A DNA stretch of 62,806 nt, counting the filler, from Sphacelaria rigidula (Eukaryota), in the NCBI GenBank assembly GCA_964200075.2. It is 7 parts of 7 records of this genome, joined end to end, with 100 filler letters (N's around TTAATTAATTAA, not from the genome) between each part and the next. Parts side by side here need not be neighbours in the genome. Positions count along the whole stretch, not along the records: positions 1 to 8,888 come from CAXNAA020009832.1; positions 8,989 to 17,876 come from CAXNAA020009833.1; 5 more parts are not named here. One strand, written 5' to 3'. Of the stretch, positions 1-11,074 are shown in pieces; the first letter of the stretch is position 1; the number at the start of each line of letters is the position of its first letter. Below the pieces are notes generated by a model. It saw only the letters and a program-made list of their open reading frames with translations. It was not told the origin of the DNA and ran no database searches. The translations under genes and the position numbers were made by a program.

Positions 1-134
1 AGGTTTGTTCTAGCTAATGTCGCCAATATGAGGCCCTTCATGCAGCCTGAACCCGAACACCAGGCGCTGTATGGCCATTTTTTTCGTGACACTTTTAGCT
101 GGTTTGGGGGGGGGGGGCTATCGTAGAAAGTGTC
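1..134 (+). mobile_element. MITE family A, 5'-truncated copy (right end)
   Basis: GCCAATATGAGGCCCTTCATGCAGCCTGAACCC...GGGGCTATCGTAGAAAGTGTC matches the 3' half and right TIR of the copy at 8301-8564. Confidence 0.75.
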
Positions 135-194
135 GAATCGGTTATTTTCCGACTTGATATGGGACAGAACTTCTGTTCTATGTCGCGATTCCAC

Positions 195-1165
195 GTTCAT
201 GTTTGAGCTGTGTTTTGGTGGGTTAAAGAAAAAGGAGGGTCGGTTCCTCTATTTCATGTCTATGTCCGGGCTGTGCTGTGGTAGGTTAAAGAAAAAGCAG
301 GGTCAGCTTAGTCGTTTCATGTCTATGTTCGGCCTCTGTTATGGTAGGTCAAAAAAAAGGAGGGTAAGCTTTTCTATGTTGTGTCCATGTTCGGGCTGTG
401 TTATGGTAGGTCAAAAAAAAGGAGGGTAAGCTTTCCTATATCATGTCGATGTCCGGGCTGTGTTATGGTGGTTGAATGACAAGGAGCGTCGACTTCTTTA
501 TTTCATGTCTATGTCCGGGCTGAGCTATGGTGGATTAAAGAAAAAGCAGGGTAAGCTTACCTATATCATGTCTATGTTCGGCCTTTGTTATGGTGGGAAA
601 AGAAAAGAAAAGAGGGTAAGCTTTTTTATTTCATGTTCATGTCCGGGCTGTGTTATGGTAGGTTGAAGAAAAAGCAGGGTAAGCTTACCTATATCATGTC
701 GATGTCCGGTCTGTGTTATGGTAGGTTGAAGGAAAAGGAGGCTCAGCTTCTCTGTTTCATGTCTCATGTCCGGGCTGCGTTATGGTAGTTGAATGAAAAG
801 GAGGTCGAGCTTCTTAGTTTCATCTCTCATGTCCGGGCTGTGTTATGGTAGGTTCAAGAAAAAAGGGCGGTTAGCTTCTCTATTTCACGTCCATGTCCGG
901 GTTGTGTTATGGTAGATTAAGTAAAAAGAGAGCTTCATAATCTCATGTCTAGGTCCGGGCTGTGTCATGGTAGGTTCAAGAAAAAAGGGCGGTTAGCTTC
1001 TCTATTTCACGTCCATGTCCGGGCTGTGTTATGGTAGATTAAATAAGAAGAGAGCTTCATAATCTCATGTCTAGGTCCGGGCTGTGTCATGGTAGGTTCA
1101 AGAAAAAGGAGGGTTAGCTTCCCTATTTCATGTCTGTATCCGGGCTGTGTTATGGGAGGTCAAAA
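195..1165 (+). repeat. Minisatellite, ~16 tandem units of ~59-65 bp (mode ~63)
   Basis: Recurrent unit TTCATGTCTATGTCCGGGCTGTGTTATGGTAGGTT-AAGAAAAAG(C/G)AGGGT(A/T)AGCTT..CTAT starting near 195, 252, 316, 379, 441, 502, 565, 630, 694, 756, 819, 883, 942, 1005, 1064, 1127. Confidence 0.95.
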
Positions 1166-2448
1166 AAGAAAAGACTAAGAAATAGAACACGGAAAAGGGA
1201 GAAATGTAGAGAAAGAAAAAAAGCAAAAATCTAGAAGGGAAGGAAAGACAGAATGGCCAAGGAAAGGAAGTAGTAACATTTGGGAAAACATACAATTTTC
1301 GATATATCATGTCTTTATCCATTTTATGTCTGTTTTGGGGGGGAACCGTTGGGTTGTTTAGATGTTTGAATGATATGTCCGTCGGTCCGGGACTTTCTCT
1401 GTCTAGTGGCGGCCCCCGGTATATGTACGGTGACAGTATGTACATTAGTCCAGGTTTTGGTGGCTTATTTTACAGCGCCGTTGCCACTCGACGCCAACCC
1501 AAGAGTCAAGAGGTGAGGGGGGGGGAAAGGTGATAACCTTCGCTTCGCCGATGTGACTTGTGATAGTGGAGCTACGTCGCTCACGGGGCATGGCACAGTA
1601 CGGTTGTGCATAGATGGTCCCGACATTGCACACGCGGTAACTATTTTGTATTAATGCATGTCAGCAACTGTCCTGAATTACGAACGGTGGTGGCATGCCA
1701 AGTGCAGGGTTTCAGGGAATATACGGTAGGGACTTCGTGGCTTTCCGGTTACTGAAAAACGCCCGCTACGGTAAACGGCATTTTTCATGCGAGCCCGAAC
1801 AGCAAAAACTTACTCGTGACGATTAAGGTCAACCTGTCAGCACCGCACAGCGCAGAGCTGTGCAAGGACTATCGACTTCGAAGAGCGAATCATGGGAGTT
1901 GGGGTGGTTTTGTTGTTGAGTGTAGCGTTCGAGTTCCGGTATAAAACTGGTTTTGATATAGGATCTGTGTAGAGCACTGCACACGGGAGTAACATGGTAA
2001 TGGTATATTGCAAGCAAAATGTGACTCCGTCAGACCCCGAAAAAACACGAAATAGTGACAGAGCGCAAGGCCACAGAGGGAATCTCAGCAACGCGGCAGC
2101 AGAGGCTTGGCAAAACAAAACAATCGTACGCTCGTGAGACCTTATGGATAAAAGTGTTCACTTGGTTTCCTTATATAAGAGGCGCCATCTAATACAAATT
2201 GGCACACCCACTTGTGTGTAGCTTTTCATGTGCCACGACTGCGGCACCTTTGCCTCATACACCGCAAGAGGCAGACGATCACTCGTGCAAAACAAGAAAC
2301 AAAGGTCCTTTCTACAACAGATTACACTTCACGTATATCTGGCCAGTTGCTACCATCGCGAGCAACAGCACAACATGCCGAAATGCCGCTACCGCAGCTA
2401 TCCCGCACCGCACACCTAACAGCGAATGCTACAGCAATGCAAAACAAC

Positions 2449-5400
2449 CTAGACTTCGAAAAACGCAAAAAGGACAGCCACCATGACCGCCACCATCGCT
2501 GCTCCCTTGAACACCTCCACCGCTCCTCCCCTAACCAGCGCGCGCTCCGTCAACAAGGATTGGCGTACTCTTCCGACGTTGGTCGACTGCATAAATATCG
2601 TGCCTGGACCTGTATTCACGAGATGAACATCGGGGCGGGAAAAACAATCGTGCGCTTGCATGGAACCACAGACAGGCGCGGCCGTATCTTGCACATGTTT
2701 CCCCGCTGGCTGATTCGGGGACTGAACTGAACGGTATAAAATACATGATGCCCTGAAACTGCGACGAGGCGAGGCGCGAAATGGCGATATTACTCAGACT
2801 TCTGAACGGTTTGCTCCACAAAACTTCCAAGTCTGTCATGGAGTATGACACGCGCTAACTTCGCAACGCATGAGCACCGTGAAACCAATCTCTGACTGTC
2901 CTCCCAATACACACATTCCACGCTGCGGACATACGGACTTGTCCGCGTCAGAGCGCCTCTTTTTGTGTGCGAAGGCATCCGCTGGCTTCGAGAAAAATGC
3001 AGAAAACGAGAATGGGCAAATACAGCCGTATCATAATCGTAGCCGTATTTTAGTAGAGGTATCTCAAACTCGGCTCCCGATATCCTGGTTTATTCGCTGG
3101 CTGAGTTGCGTACTATTTTTTCAAGTGAAAGTGATCGCGATTCATAAGAGGACCTGACCTGGCGGTGAAAGGGTCTCATCATCTGATGAATCGCCATCAC
3201 TTTCACTTGGAAAAATAGAACGAGACGAACCAGGATAGCGGGAGCCGAGTTTGAGATACCTCCAAGTAGGCACATGGAGATAGAGGTTGCGCGAAAACAA
3301 GCACGGAAGAGATACGGACTGACTCACCAGAGATTTTGACGTTGAAGCCTCGCGAGTATGGCGGTTCGCGAACAAGCCCGGTCCGTTGCTCCGCCACGAC
3401 CTTGCACGATTCAGAGTACGCCGCCACGCAACCTATCTCTACCACCATCGATTCTCCGTGTCCAAGAGTTTTTTGTACAGCCGCCCCACCTGCTTGAGAG
3501 GTTGTGCGCCGCAAACATGAGTGCGAAAAACGCTACAAAGCATCACAAGATCGGAACGAAATCAATACTTGGATGAAATGAAGGGAACAAAGCATCCAGT
3601 GTAAGCGCAGCACCAAAAGTGTTAGTTGTTTAGTACAGCACGTTCACGATATTGTGCTTGCGCGCAGGCGGCCTCATATAAACCACGATCAATGCCGGTG
3701 GCATGGCGGATTCTGCGTATGGCATGCGAAGCAACAGAGGGTGAAGACAACGGCTTTTTGACGCCCCATGCACGCGCGGCGAGTAAACAACATGCGGACA
3801 TGTAAATCATCACTCCATCACTGTCCATCAAGTACTGTTTGCACCAATGCCTTCATTAAAACCACGAGATGAGTGCTTGCATAGGGGCAAGCAGCAGCGG
3901 AATCTGTGATCCCATACAGAGGGCGCTTGCAGGATAGCCTCCAGGTCAGATTCGACCAGATATTGGTTGGGTGCGATGCATGTACTGTGTTTCTGATGCC
4001 TTCATCACCGCAGTAGATCCCACCTGCTTGAATATAGCACATTCCAGATCCCGATAGCTTCCGCAGATCCACGTCGTATACAGGGAACGGGCCCTCCGGA
4101 GTAAGTTTCAAATTTTGGGTGGTCACCTGATTGTCTGCTACGCTGAAAAGGAAAAAAAAAAAGCAAGAGTGCCGGAACCATGTGGGAAAAGGAAAATAGT
4201 AGGGTCGGTACCCAGGATGCGTAATTTTTGGGGCGTTTCCCTCCAGGGAAGTCCGGTGAGCATCAATCGGGTCATCGCGGATGTGAAGGCGCATATTGCA
4301 TAAAATGGGCGCGCCGCAGATGCAGAGTTCGTACTCTCAAGCGTCTTCGTATGTCGAGCTGTCTCCATCGCGTCATGTAGGACGCAACGCTCAAGAAACG
4401 TCACGAGCTGTTGTAGCTCCCGTCCGGGACATGTCACTTGTATGGATATCGACTGTCGAGTCCGATAGAGTTTAAACAACACCGGGTTCGGAGAAATCTT
4501 CTTCCGATGCGGAAACGATCACGGAAAGTGAATCCCCCATGAGTACATGAGTACTTGGAGGATAACGGATCAGAGTCTCCACGGGGCAGCTCCCGTCTCT
4601 TGCGAGGCTACACTCTTTGCTTGTCAAGACGTCAACAACCCTTGGAAGTGTGAGCTATGTCAATTTCCTTGTTACGGTCTTTCTCCAATATAGTATAGGA
4701 GGATCGACTTCGCTTCGCTGAGCTCATGATGACATGTAAAAAAAAGGTCATCTTCACTACTAGTGACAGTCTGCATGTAGCGAAGGAGAATCAGCTAGTA
4801 CAAAGCACCGCGCGCAAGTATAATGCCTATACCTGCAAAGAAACACCTGCGCCTTGGAGAGAACGGTCCCGACTTTTTGTAAGTCGACTGGAATGACCTT
4901 GCCGGGTAGCGGTACGGACAGTCCGATGTAGGTGGGCGCTTGGCCTTCATTTGCCCACTTCATCACCTTGCCTAGTTTAACCCCAGTCCTTGTGATCCAA
5001 AAGTTCGGTGAGGAAACATAAACAGGTGAGCAGCACAACAACAACGTCGCACGGCAGGTTTAAAACGGTCGGGTTAGCGTGGAGCTTGGGTTTCAATTAC
5101 ACTGACCTACTTAGAAGAAAGGCCGTGAGGATTTACTTCCGCATAACCCGAAAGACAGGAGCATCCAAGCTCGTTCCAAAGCAGCGAGAGGGTGGCCTTT
5201 GGAATGGAGAATGGTCCGTGTCGGATAAGCCCGCCACCAAATTGGGGGGTGGTGACGAGTGCTTCCACGGATTAGGGCGCGAATTTCTGCTCTTCAACCA
5301 ACTTTTTTCAGGATAACTTCTGGCGACAGGTGGTGGCGGGGGGAGGTCGAAAATTACACACTTACCCAAAATATGCCGTGAAACCATGCGCCAACTTTTC

Positions 5401-7731
5401 GCAGGCACGTACTCTCATGATCCACTACCGCCCCCGTGCGCTGCGGCCGCAACCCTTTTGAATGCGAAGTTTTCGATACAAGGCCAACAATGCACCGCTT
5501 ACCTTGTATGTCGAGGTTTGTAAACGATCGCTCCTGCGATCCTAAAAACTTTGCTATCAGCGGATTCAGAGATGCTGTCACAGGTTAAGAACATTTCTGC
5601 ATTATCTGACTCATGTGTTTGTATGCCCCCGTGTTTTCGCGGTAGTGGTCAACTTACAACGCGGCTTCCCCATTGCAATCAAGCAGTTTATGCGGTGCCG
5701 ACGCCCACGTCATTGCTACAATTGTGTACACTTGCAGTACTAAAGAAACGCAGGCACACAACGACCCATTTGTCGCTATTGTGAGGCAACATCCATCTAC
5801 AAAAGCACTGACTGGCGCTCGGAGGTTCGTCCATGGTGAGGTGCGTAATCCAATCTTTCCCTCTCATCGTGCTCTACAAGGAAACAATACCGCACCTACA
5901 ATACTCACCGCCGACCCACTGTGTTGGCCCTCTAATTCCTGTGTGATGCCTCCGAAACGCTTGAAGTCAAACTATCGGCTACTAAGGCCGTCTTGTGCCA
6001 AGAAAAAAATCAGCTTCAATTTTTTCTGGTCGTGCTCGCACGTAGTACTCTAACGGTTTCATGTGGGAGTTTTTCTCCGAGAAATATTGTTCGAGGAATG
6101 CCCCCACTATTCAAACAGGATCAGAGTTGTTTGAGACAACGATCTAGCCGAACACGCCTCCATATGCGCGTGGCGGGTTAGGGATATGAAGTCCGGAGAT
6201 TGCATAGATCTAACAAGGCTCATTGCCGTTATGCACCACTCTTCACAGCAGCATGGCGACCGTGATTAATTAGATGGTCATCGCTGACAATATTACATCG
6301 CTGATGGCAAGTAGTCATCGAGTACTAACAGTGACGGTCTTTTTCGACGACGAGTTGTCGGTTACTGCGTTGCTGCCTCCTGCCCTCGGGATGCAGTGTC
6401 TGATGGCTGTGCCTTAGTTCCTCTGCGCGACACAATGGATATGCTATTCTGCCTACTTCGTGCCATCTTCCAAAACTGACAACCTCGCCTCCGGAAAGTT
6501 ACGCCTTTCAGTTGGCGTGCAAAATTTGAACGTCACAAGAAGCGGTTTCCAAAAAAGTTCGAGAAAAAATAACCCGAACAACCACAACATTTTTTTTCTG
6601 AAATCTCTGTATGATTTCTTGATCTCTATCAGAAGCGATCCAATTAGTTGCGTTCAGAATTTCCCATACGCACACCTCGACACTTCGTATTGTCCAACAT
6701 AAGTGATGTGCGACGGGCAGCAAACTTGTGTCGAGGATTGATCACCAAATGGTCGGAAACAATGGTTGGTACAATAAACGAGGTGCCGCCAGCCTTAACG
6801 CTAATCCTACCTCTAACCCTAACCAAGGCATTTGACAACCCTCGGGCAAGGGGGGTGCAGAGGGTGTCGCAGGCAAAGTGCGCGTAGGCAGACCTCACAT
6901 CGGCGCTTGCGGTGCCGATTTTGGGCAATAACACGTTCTGGACGAGCTAGGAGCACTGCGGACTGTCAGCTCCTCTAAACCAAGTTACAGCCATTGTTTC
7001 CGACCATTTGGTAACCTCTGCTGATTCAGTACGCGGCTGCATGGTACGGCATACAGTAGTATCGTGGTATGTAGTTGCACGCATGGCAAACGTACACGTG
7101 GATGGAAGTTTCGACGGTCGCGTTGTATAACACCCCCTGAGATATGAACATATGGCCAGCCTTGATATTCTCGAGATCTTTCACTCAAAAGGGGTCTTCC
7201 GGAGGAGTTACATCTTGCTCCTGGGGAACATCGAGATTCAAAGCAACAATCACTCAGGTATATTTTACTCTATCATCATGCACGAGAATACCAAACTGCT
7301 TGCTAGGCGTGTGGTTTGGCATCAAGCTGCGGCGAGATTACCCGCGCACTGACCCCGCTCCTGAAAACAGCGCTGGGCTAGCGCTTCACATGCTTGACTC
7401 CTGACCCTGCAGTACACCACAGTAGCATTAGCAACATGTTAACCAACTTGAGCCCTTCTACAAAGGCAGACCATACTGCAAGTCTCAAATCCAACGCAGC
7501 TCACCATCCGAAAGCCCTCCCTATCGCGCCTCGTTCGTTAGGGTCATGCAGCTCCGTTGCCTTCAGTCCTAGACCTCGGTAGCAAAATGCCTTCTCGTTG
7601 GCAATGATAGACTCACCCGGGGCAAGGGCTACCTGCAGAATTTCATTGCCATCCCCAAGAGAAAGAAAGCGAGGCGATGAAGATGTTGTAGTGTCCCTTG
7701 AGGCAGCAGCAGTGTCGTTTGCTTGTGCCAT
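2449..7731 (-). CDS. AIM24: AIM24 / TIGR00266-family protein, complete 5-exon model, 274 aa, with hydrophobic C-terminal tail
   Basis: Exons 7731-7505, 4988-4833, 4142-4024, 3489-3328, 2609-2449. All introns are GT-AG and phase-consistent (825 nt total). Motifs: LQVALAPGESIIANEKAFCY, LSVPLPGKVIPVDL..VLSKAQVFLC, LRKLSGSGMCYIQAGG, KTLGHGESMVVEIGCVAAY, KISGPGTIFMQS. Confidence 0.88.
3056..3262. repeat. Foldback inverted repeat (~80-90 bp arms) in intron 4 of the AIM24-like gene; MITE or hairpin-RNA candidate
   Basis: Left arm GAGGTATCTCAAACTCGGCTCCCGATATCCTGGTT...CAAGTGAAAGTGATCGCGATTCAT; the right arm is its reverse complement ATGAATCGCCATCACTTTCACTTG...AACCAGGATAGCGGGAGCCGAGTTTGAGATACCTC. Confidence 0.9.
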
Positions 7732-7961
7732 CCCGTTCCAGTCCAGCAGCCGCCGATGTGATGCAATGAACCGTTTTCAAACAACGCTGCCGTGAGAAAG
7801 CTGGGGCATTGGGATGGCAAAGTAGATGTGCAGTGAACGAAACTGCTCCCACTATGTAGTAGACCTGCTATGGCGGATTTCCTCCAGATTTCGACGCAGT
7901 CGAGCCTTATTTCAGCTGTACAACTGTTGCAGAGTGTCAACGGGCAGCAAGGCATTGTGCT

Positions 7962-8172
7962 GCTGGGTGTTTTGTGATGGTGTGTTCTCGTCACAATAGA
8001 CGTATTGTTCAGACCCGCGGTAAGACAGACGTCGCTATTTATTCTCCATTATTGTCACCGAGTGAGGTACAGCAAGACAGTGTGCGGCTCGGTGTTTCTG
8101 GGTGTTTCGTGACGGTGTGTTCTCGTTATAATAGGTATGTTGTTCAGACCTGCGGTAAGGCGTCGCTCTTTG
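7962..8172 (+). repeat. Imperfect ~75-bp direct repeat pair upstream of the AIM24-like start
   Basis: CTGGGTGTTT(T/C)GTGA(T/C)GGTGTGTTCTCGT..AATAG..TGTTCAGACC.GCGGTAAG at ~7963 and ~8098. Confidence 0.8.
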
Positions 8173-8300
8173 TTCCCCATTTTGTTCGGCTGGTGCACCC
8201 ACATATTATACCAAAATGTATAAACCGGCGTCCAGAATATTAGATGAGACGACGACACACAAAAAAGGCACACACGTTGTACGGATTTAAGTTGAAGTGC

Positions 8301-8564
8301 GACACTTTCTACGATACCCCTCCCCCCCCCGAAAAAATTGCATGGTTTGGGGGGGGCAAAATCTTCACATAAATTAAAATGGAAAAAGCCGAGCACACCA
8401 AGCAGCTGGGGATTTCCACGCAAGCCTTCGGTTCGTTCTCGCCAATGTCGCCCATATGATGCGCTTCGTGCAGCCTGAACCCCAACATCAGGCGCTGTTG
8501 TATGTCCATCTTTTTCGCGACACTTTTGGGCTGGTTTTTCGGGGGGGCTACCGTAGAGAGTGTC
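8301..8564 (+). mobile_element. MITE family A, full copy (~265 bp) with TIRs
   Basis: Left GACACTTTCTACGATACCCC, right GGGGCTACCGTAGAGAGTGTC; internal sequence shared with copies at 1-134, 52202-52521 and 53500-53755. Confidence 0.78.
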
Positions 8565-8834
8565 TGGAACACGGGGAAACTATCGATACCCTCACCTTCG
8601 CCTAATTCGCGATCTTTATCTCGAGATATGACGCACATAAGGTTCCATATATATTTGAATAAAAAAAGTAGGAGCAGAGGTACTAAATGCACAAAATCTG
8701 GAGACTGCGTCTAACAGTGTTTTCGTGAGATTGAGAGTAGATGATACGATTGCGAGTGAAAAGCGGTCAATCAGTGGATTAATCGTTTCAGTTCCGAAAT
8801 GCGCTTCAACGAGGCCTGTGACGGTTTAAGAGAC

Positions 8835-8888
8835 AACCAACTAGACTACTGACCAGTCAGCGCTGACTTGTCAGTAGTCTAGTGGGTT
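8835..8888. repeat. 54-bp near-perfect palindrome at the contig end
   Basis: AACCAACTAGACTACTGACCAGTCAGC|GCTGACTTGTCAGTAGTCTAGTGGGTT, 2 mismatches. Confidence 0.9.
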
Positions 8889-8988
8889 NNNNNNNNNNNN
8901 NNNNNNNNNNNNNNNNNNNNNNNNNNNNNNNNTTAATTAATTAANNNNNNNNNNNNNNNNNNNNNNNNNNNNNNNNNNNNNNNNNNNN
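8889..8988. other. Artificial contig linker (44N-TTAATTAATTAA-44N)
   Basis: The identical 100-bp spacer with six-frame stops recurs six times. Confidence 0.99.
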
Positions 8989-9220
8989 ATGAGTTGCTTT
9001 ATTCTGTGGTATCGCCACTTCCAGAGACAGCCATGGCTTTTACACTGCCTCATGGGTGTCTGCGCCGTGGTGTGTTCGGCGAGTCGTATGAAGGATGAGC
9101 TGCACCCTGCTAAGATTGTTCGGCCCAAGGGGGGAGGGGGCAGGCGAAAGGGGAGGGGATCCATGTGATCTCACAAGTACCAACGTGCTGCCGACGCGGT
9201 GCCGCGTGTTTCTTGCACAG

Positions 9221-11074
9221 GTCTCCGGAATCTGCGGGCGGGCGCGGCACTCCTCTCGAGAGCGTATGGTTGAAGATTGTCGCACAGTGGTTGGCCATCC
9301 TACTGCAGGTGATCTCCGCCACGCCTGTTCGCAGACTAGCGTGTGCATGAGGAAGGTGCCGTACCAGGGTATCCTAAAAGTCGAGGTGTTTGAATTGAGG
9401 CATTGTGCGAGTACCGGTTATGCAGACGTTAGATGCCCTGGAATACGCTGTATTATTTTCAGCAGCCGGTACCGCAGTGTTCTGTAGTACTCCTTATCTC
9501 GACAGTCACTGCCCCCAGGTACCTCCAGGTACTCGGTACTTATAACATCTTAGAGATCCATAGAACTAGAGGGTACAGGACTCTCGGCCCTATCCACCTC
9601 TGGAGTGTTCGAAGGTGTTTTACCCGAAAGTCGCGCCGGCCACGGCGTTGAGAGCTGTTTTTTCCTTCTCTTGCAACGCGTACCTTTTTGATCGTCTCCT
9701 TGCTCCTGATTGAGGAGTCAGAGCGACATATTTGTTGAAAATTTGATTTTTGTGCTCCTTCATGGACGGGTGCTTGAAGGTGTGTTCGGACCTGGGCAAT
9801 GAGGAGCAGAAGATGCGATTAAGAAAAGGGTTTTCATGTTCGTTAGCTTCATGCATACCAGAGCCAAAGAAGACAACTATTCTTGATCAAAGTGTATGCG
9901 TGTGGAATAAAATTACCTGCGTATGAAATGACCTGCCCGTGGAAACTGTTTTTTTTTTTTGTGCAACCAAGTTATAACTTTGACCTCATCACCTCTGCTC
10001 TCGCTGGAGCGAATTCTTTGCGTATTTTCGCCCTGTTCGTAGTTCACGCGGCATGACCCCCACCATATGCTCTTTTCCTGGAAGCCAACGGCAACGAAGG
10101 AGCAGATCGACGATACAGGGCTCATCAGTGGGGCAAATTCAGCCTGAATCCTCCTCGCCCCCCGTCCCACCTTACCCCACCCCCCTAATTCCAGTTTCCA
10201 ATTTCGCTGTGAATAAAAGTCTATCGCTCATGACGTGTACGTAACGAATCGTTGCATGTTCGACGTGTATGCATGGTGCTTCATGAATAACGAATCGACC
10301 GCAGTAGTTGGAAGAATAAGACGAACACTTCTGACGGTGGAATTTTGACTAAGTTTCTTGCGAATAGACAGGCATGTACTGCAAAGTGTGCATGACTGGA
10401 ATGATAGGTAATGTCCCTGTTCGTGTACTTCTTTACGACAGTGACATGGATGCTTCGTACGAGCGCTGCAGTTTCACCTACACAGTTATAGAAGGAACCT
10501 CGCGTCTTTTTCAGAATTGCTGCTGTTCGGCAGCGGCAGAAGCGATGCACAGGACCAATTATAAAGATTGTTGTTGTTGTTGCTGCTGCTGCTGTTGTTG
10601 TTGTTGTGTCCTACTCACGTACGTGAAATGCTTTTATGCCCTCGCTGTACCATGTCGGCAACCTTACCCCGCTCTTTTCCCCCTTTTGTGACTGTACCTT
10701 CATCATTTCCATGCGTAGTGTCGCTTATGTTGTGTCGTGCATATGCACGTGACCATCATTCATCCAAGGATGGTGAAATCCATGTTTCAGGAGTACGCGG
10801 CTCGTTTTTTCCCACCGTCTCGTGTGCAATACATAAAATGCACATTTTCTGGGCAGCGCGCAGCATGATGGGCGTGTCTGCGGAATTTGTACCCGGAGAG
10901 AACTGCCACCTTTGGAATTTCCCCGCTCTTCGCTTTTTCTGAGCGTGTTTCCTTCCTTTTGATGCCTCCCTCTCTTCGATTTTGCCGTGTGTTGCTGGCC
11001 TCTTTTCGTAGATGCGCGTGATATGGGTGGCTTTCAGAGACAACCGAGACGGCTCTTCGTACCGTAGCTTTTAG
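9221..11074 (+). CDS. Serine incorporator (Serinc/TDE)-like membrane protein, last two exons (partial)
   Basis: Exon 9221-9308 (ttgcacag|...ctgcag|gtgatc) encodes SPESAGGRGTPLESVWLKIVAQWLAILLQ, resembling the Serinc C-terminal SVWVKIxSxW motif. Putative last exon 11012-11074 (ttttcgtag|) encodes MRVIWVAFRDNRDGSSYRSF* and is in phase. Confidence 0.6.
10567..10607 (+). repeat. (TTG)n(CTG)n(TTG)n microsatellite
   Basis: Directly visible trinucleotide run. Confidence 0.95.

Noticed and set aside
130-788. ORFs encoding MSMSGLCYG..KKK repeats
   Set aside because: They are translations of the minisatellite; unit indels shift the frame repeatedly and no splice structure supports them
195-1165. CRISPR-like array (conserved ~35 bp plus variable ~28 bp)
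   Set aside because: The spacer-like parts are homologous to each other, the repeats are degenerate, the context is eukaryotic and there are no cas-like ORFs
6793-6825. Telomere-like TAACCCTAACC
   Set aside because: Fewer than two perfect units, internal to an intron
8933-8944. TTAATTAATTAA as a biological motif (PacI site or piggyBac target)
   Set aside because: It is embedded in N runs and repeated identically six times, so it is an assembly linker
10374-10942. Poly-Cys / poly-Leu ORFs
   Set aside because: Produced by the TTG/CTG microsatellite inside an intron
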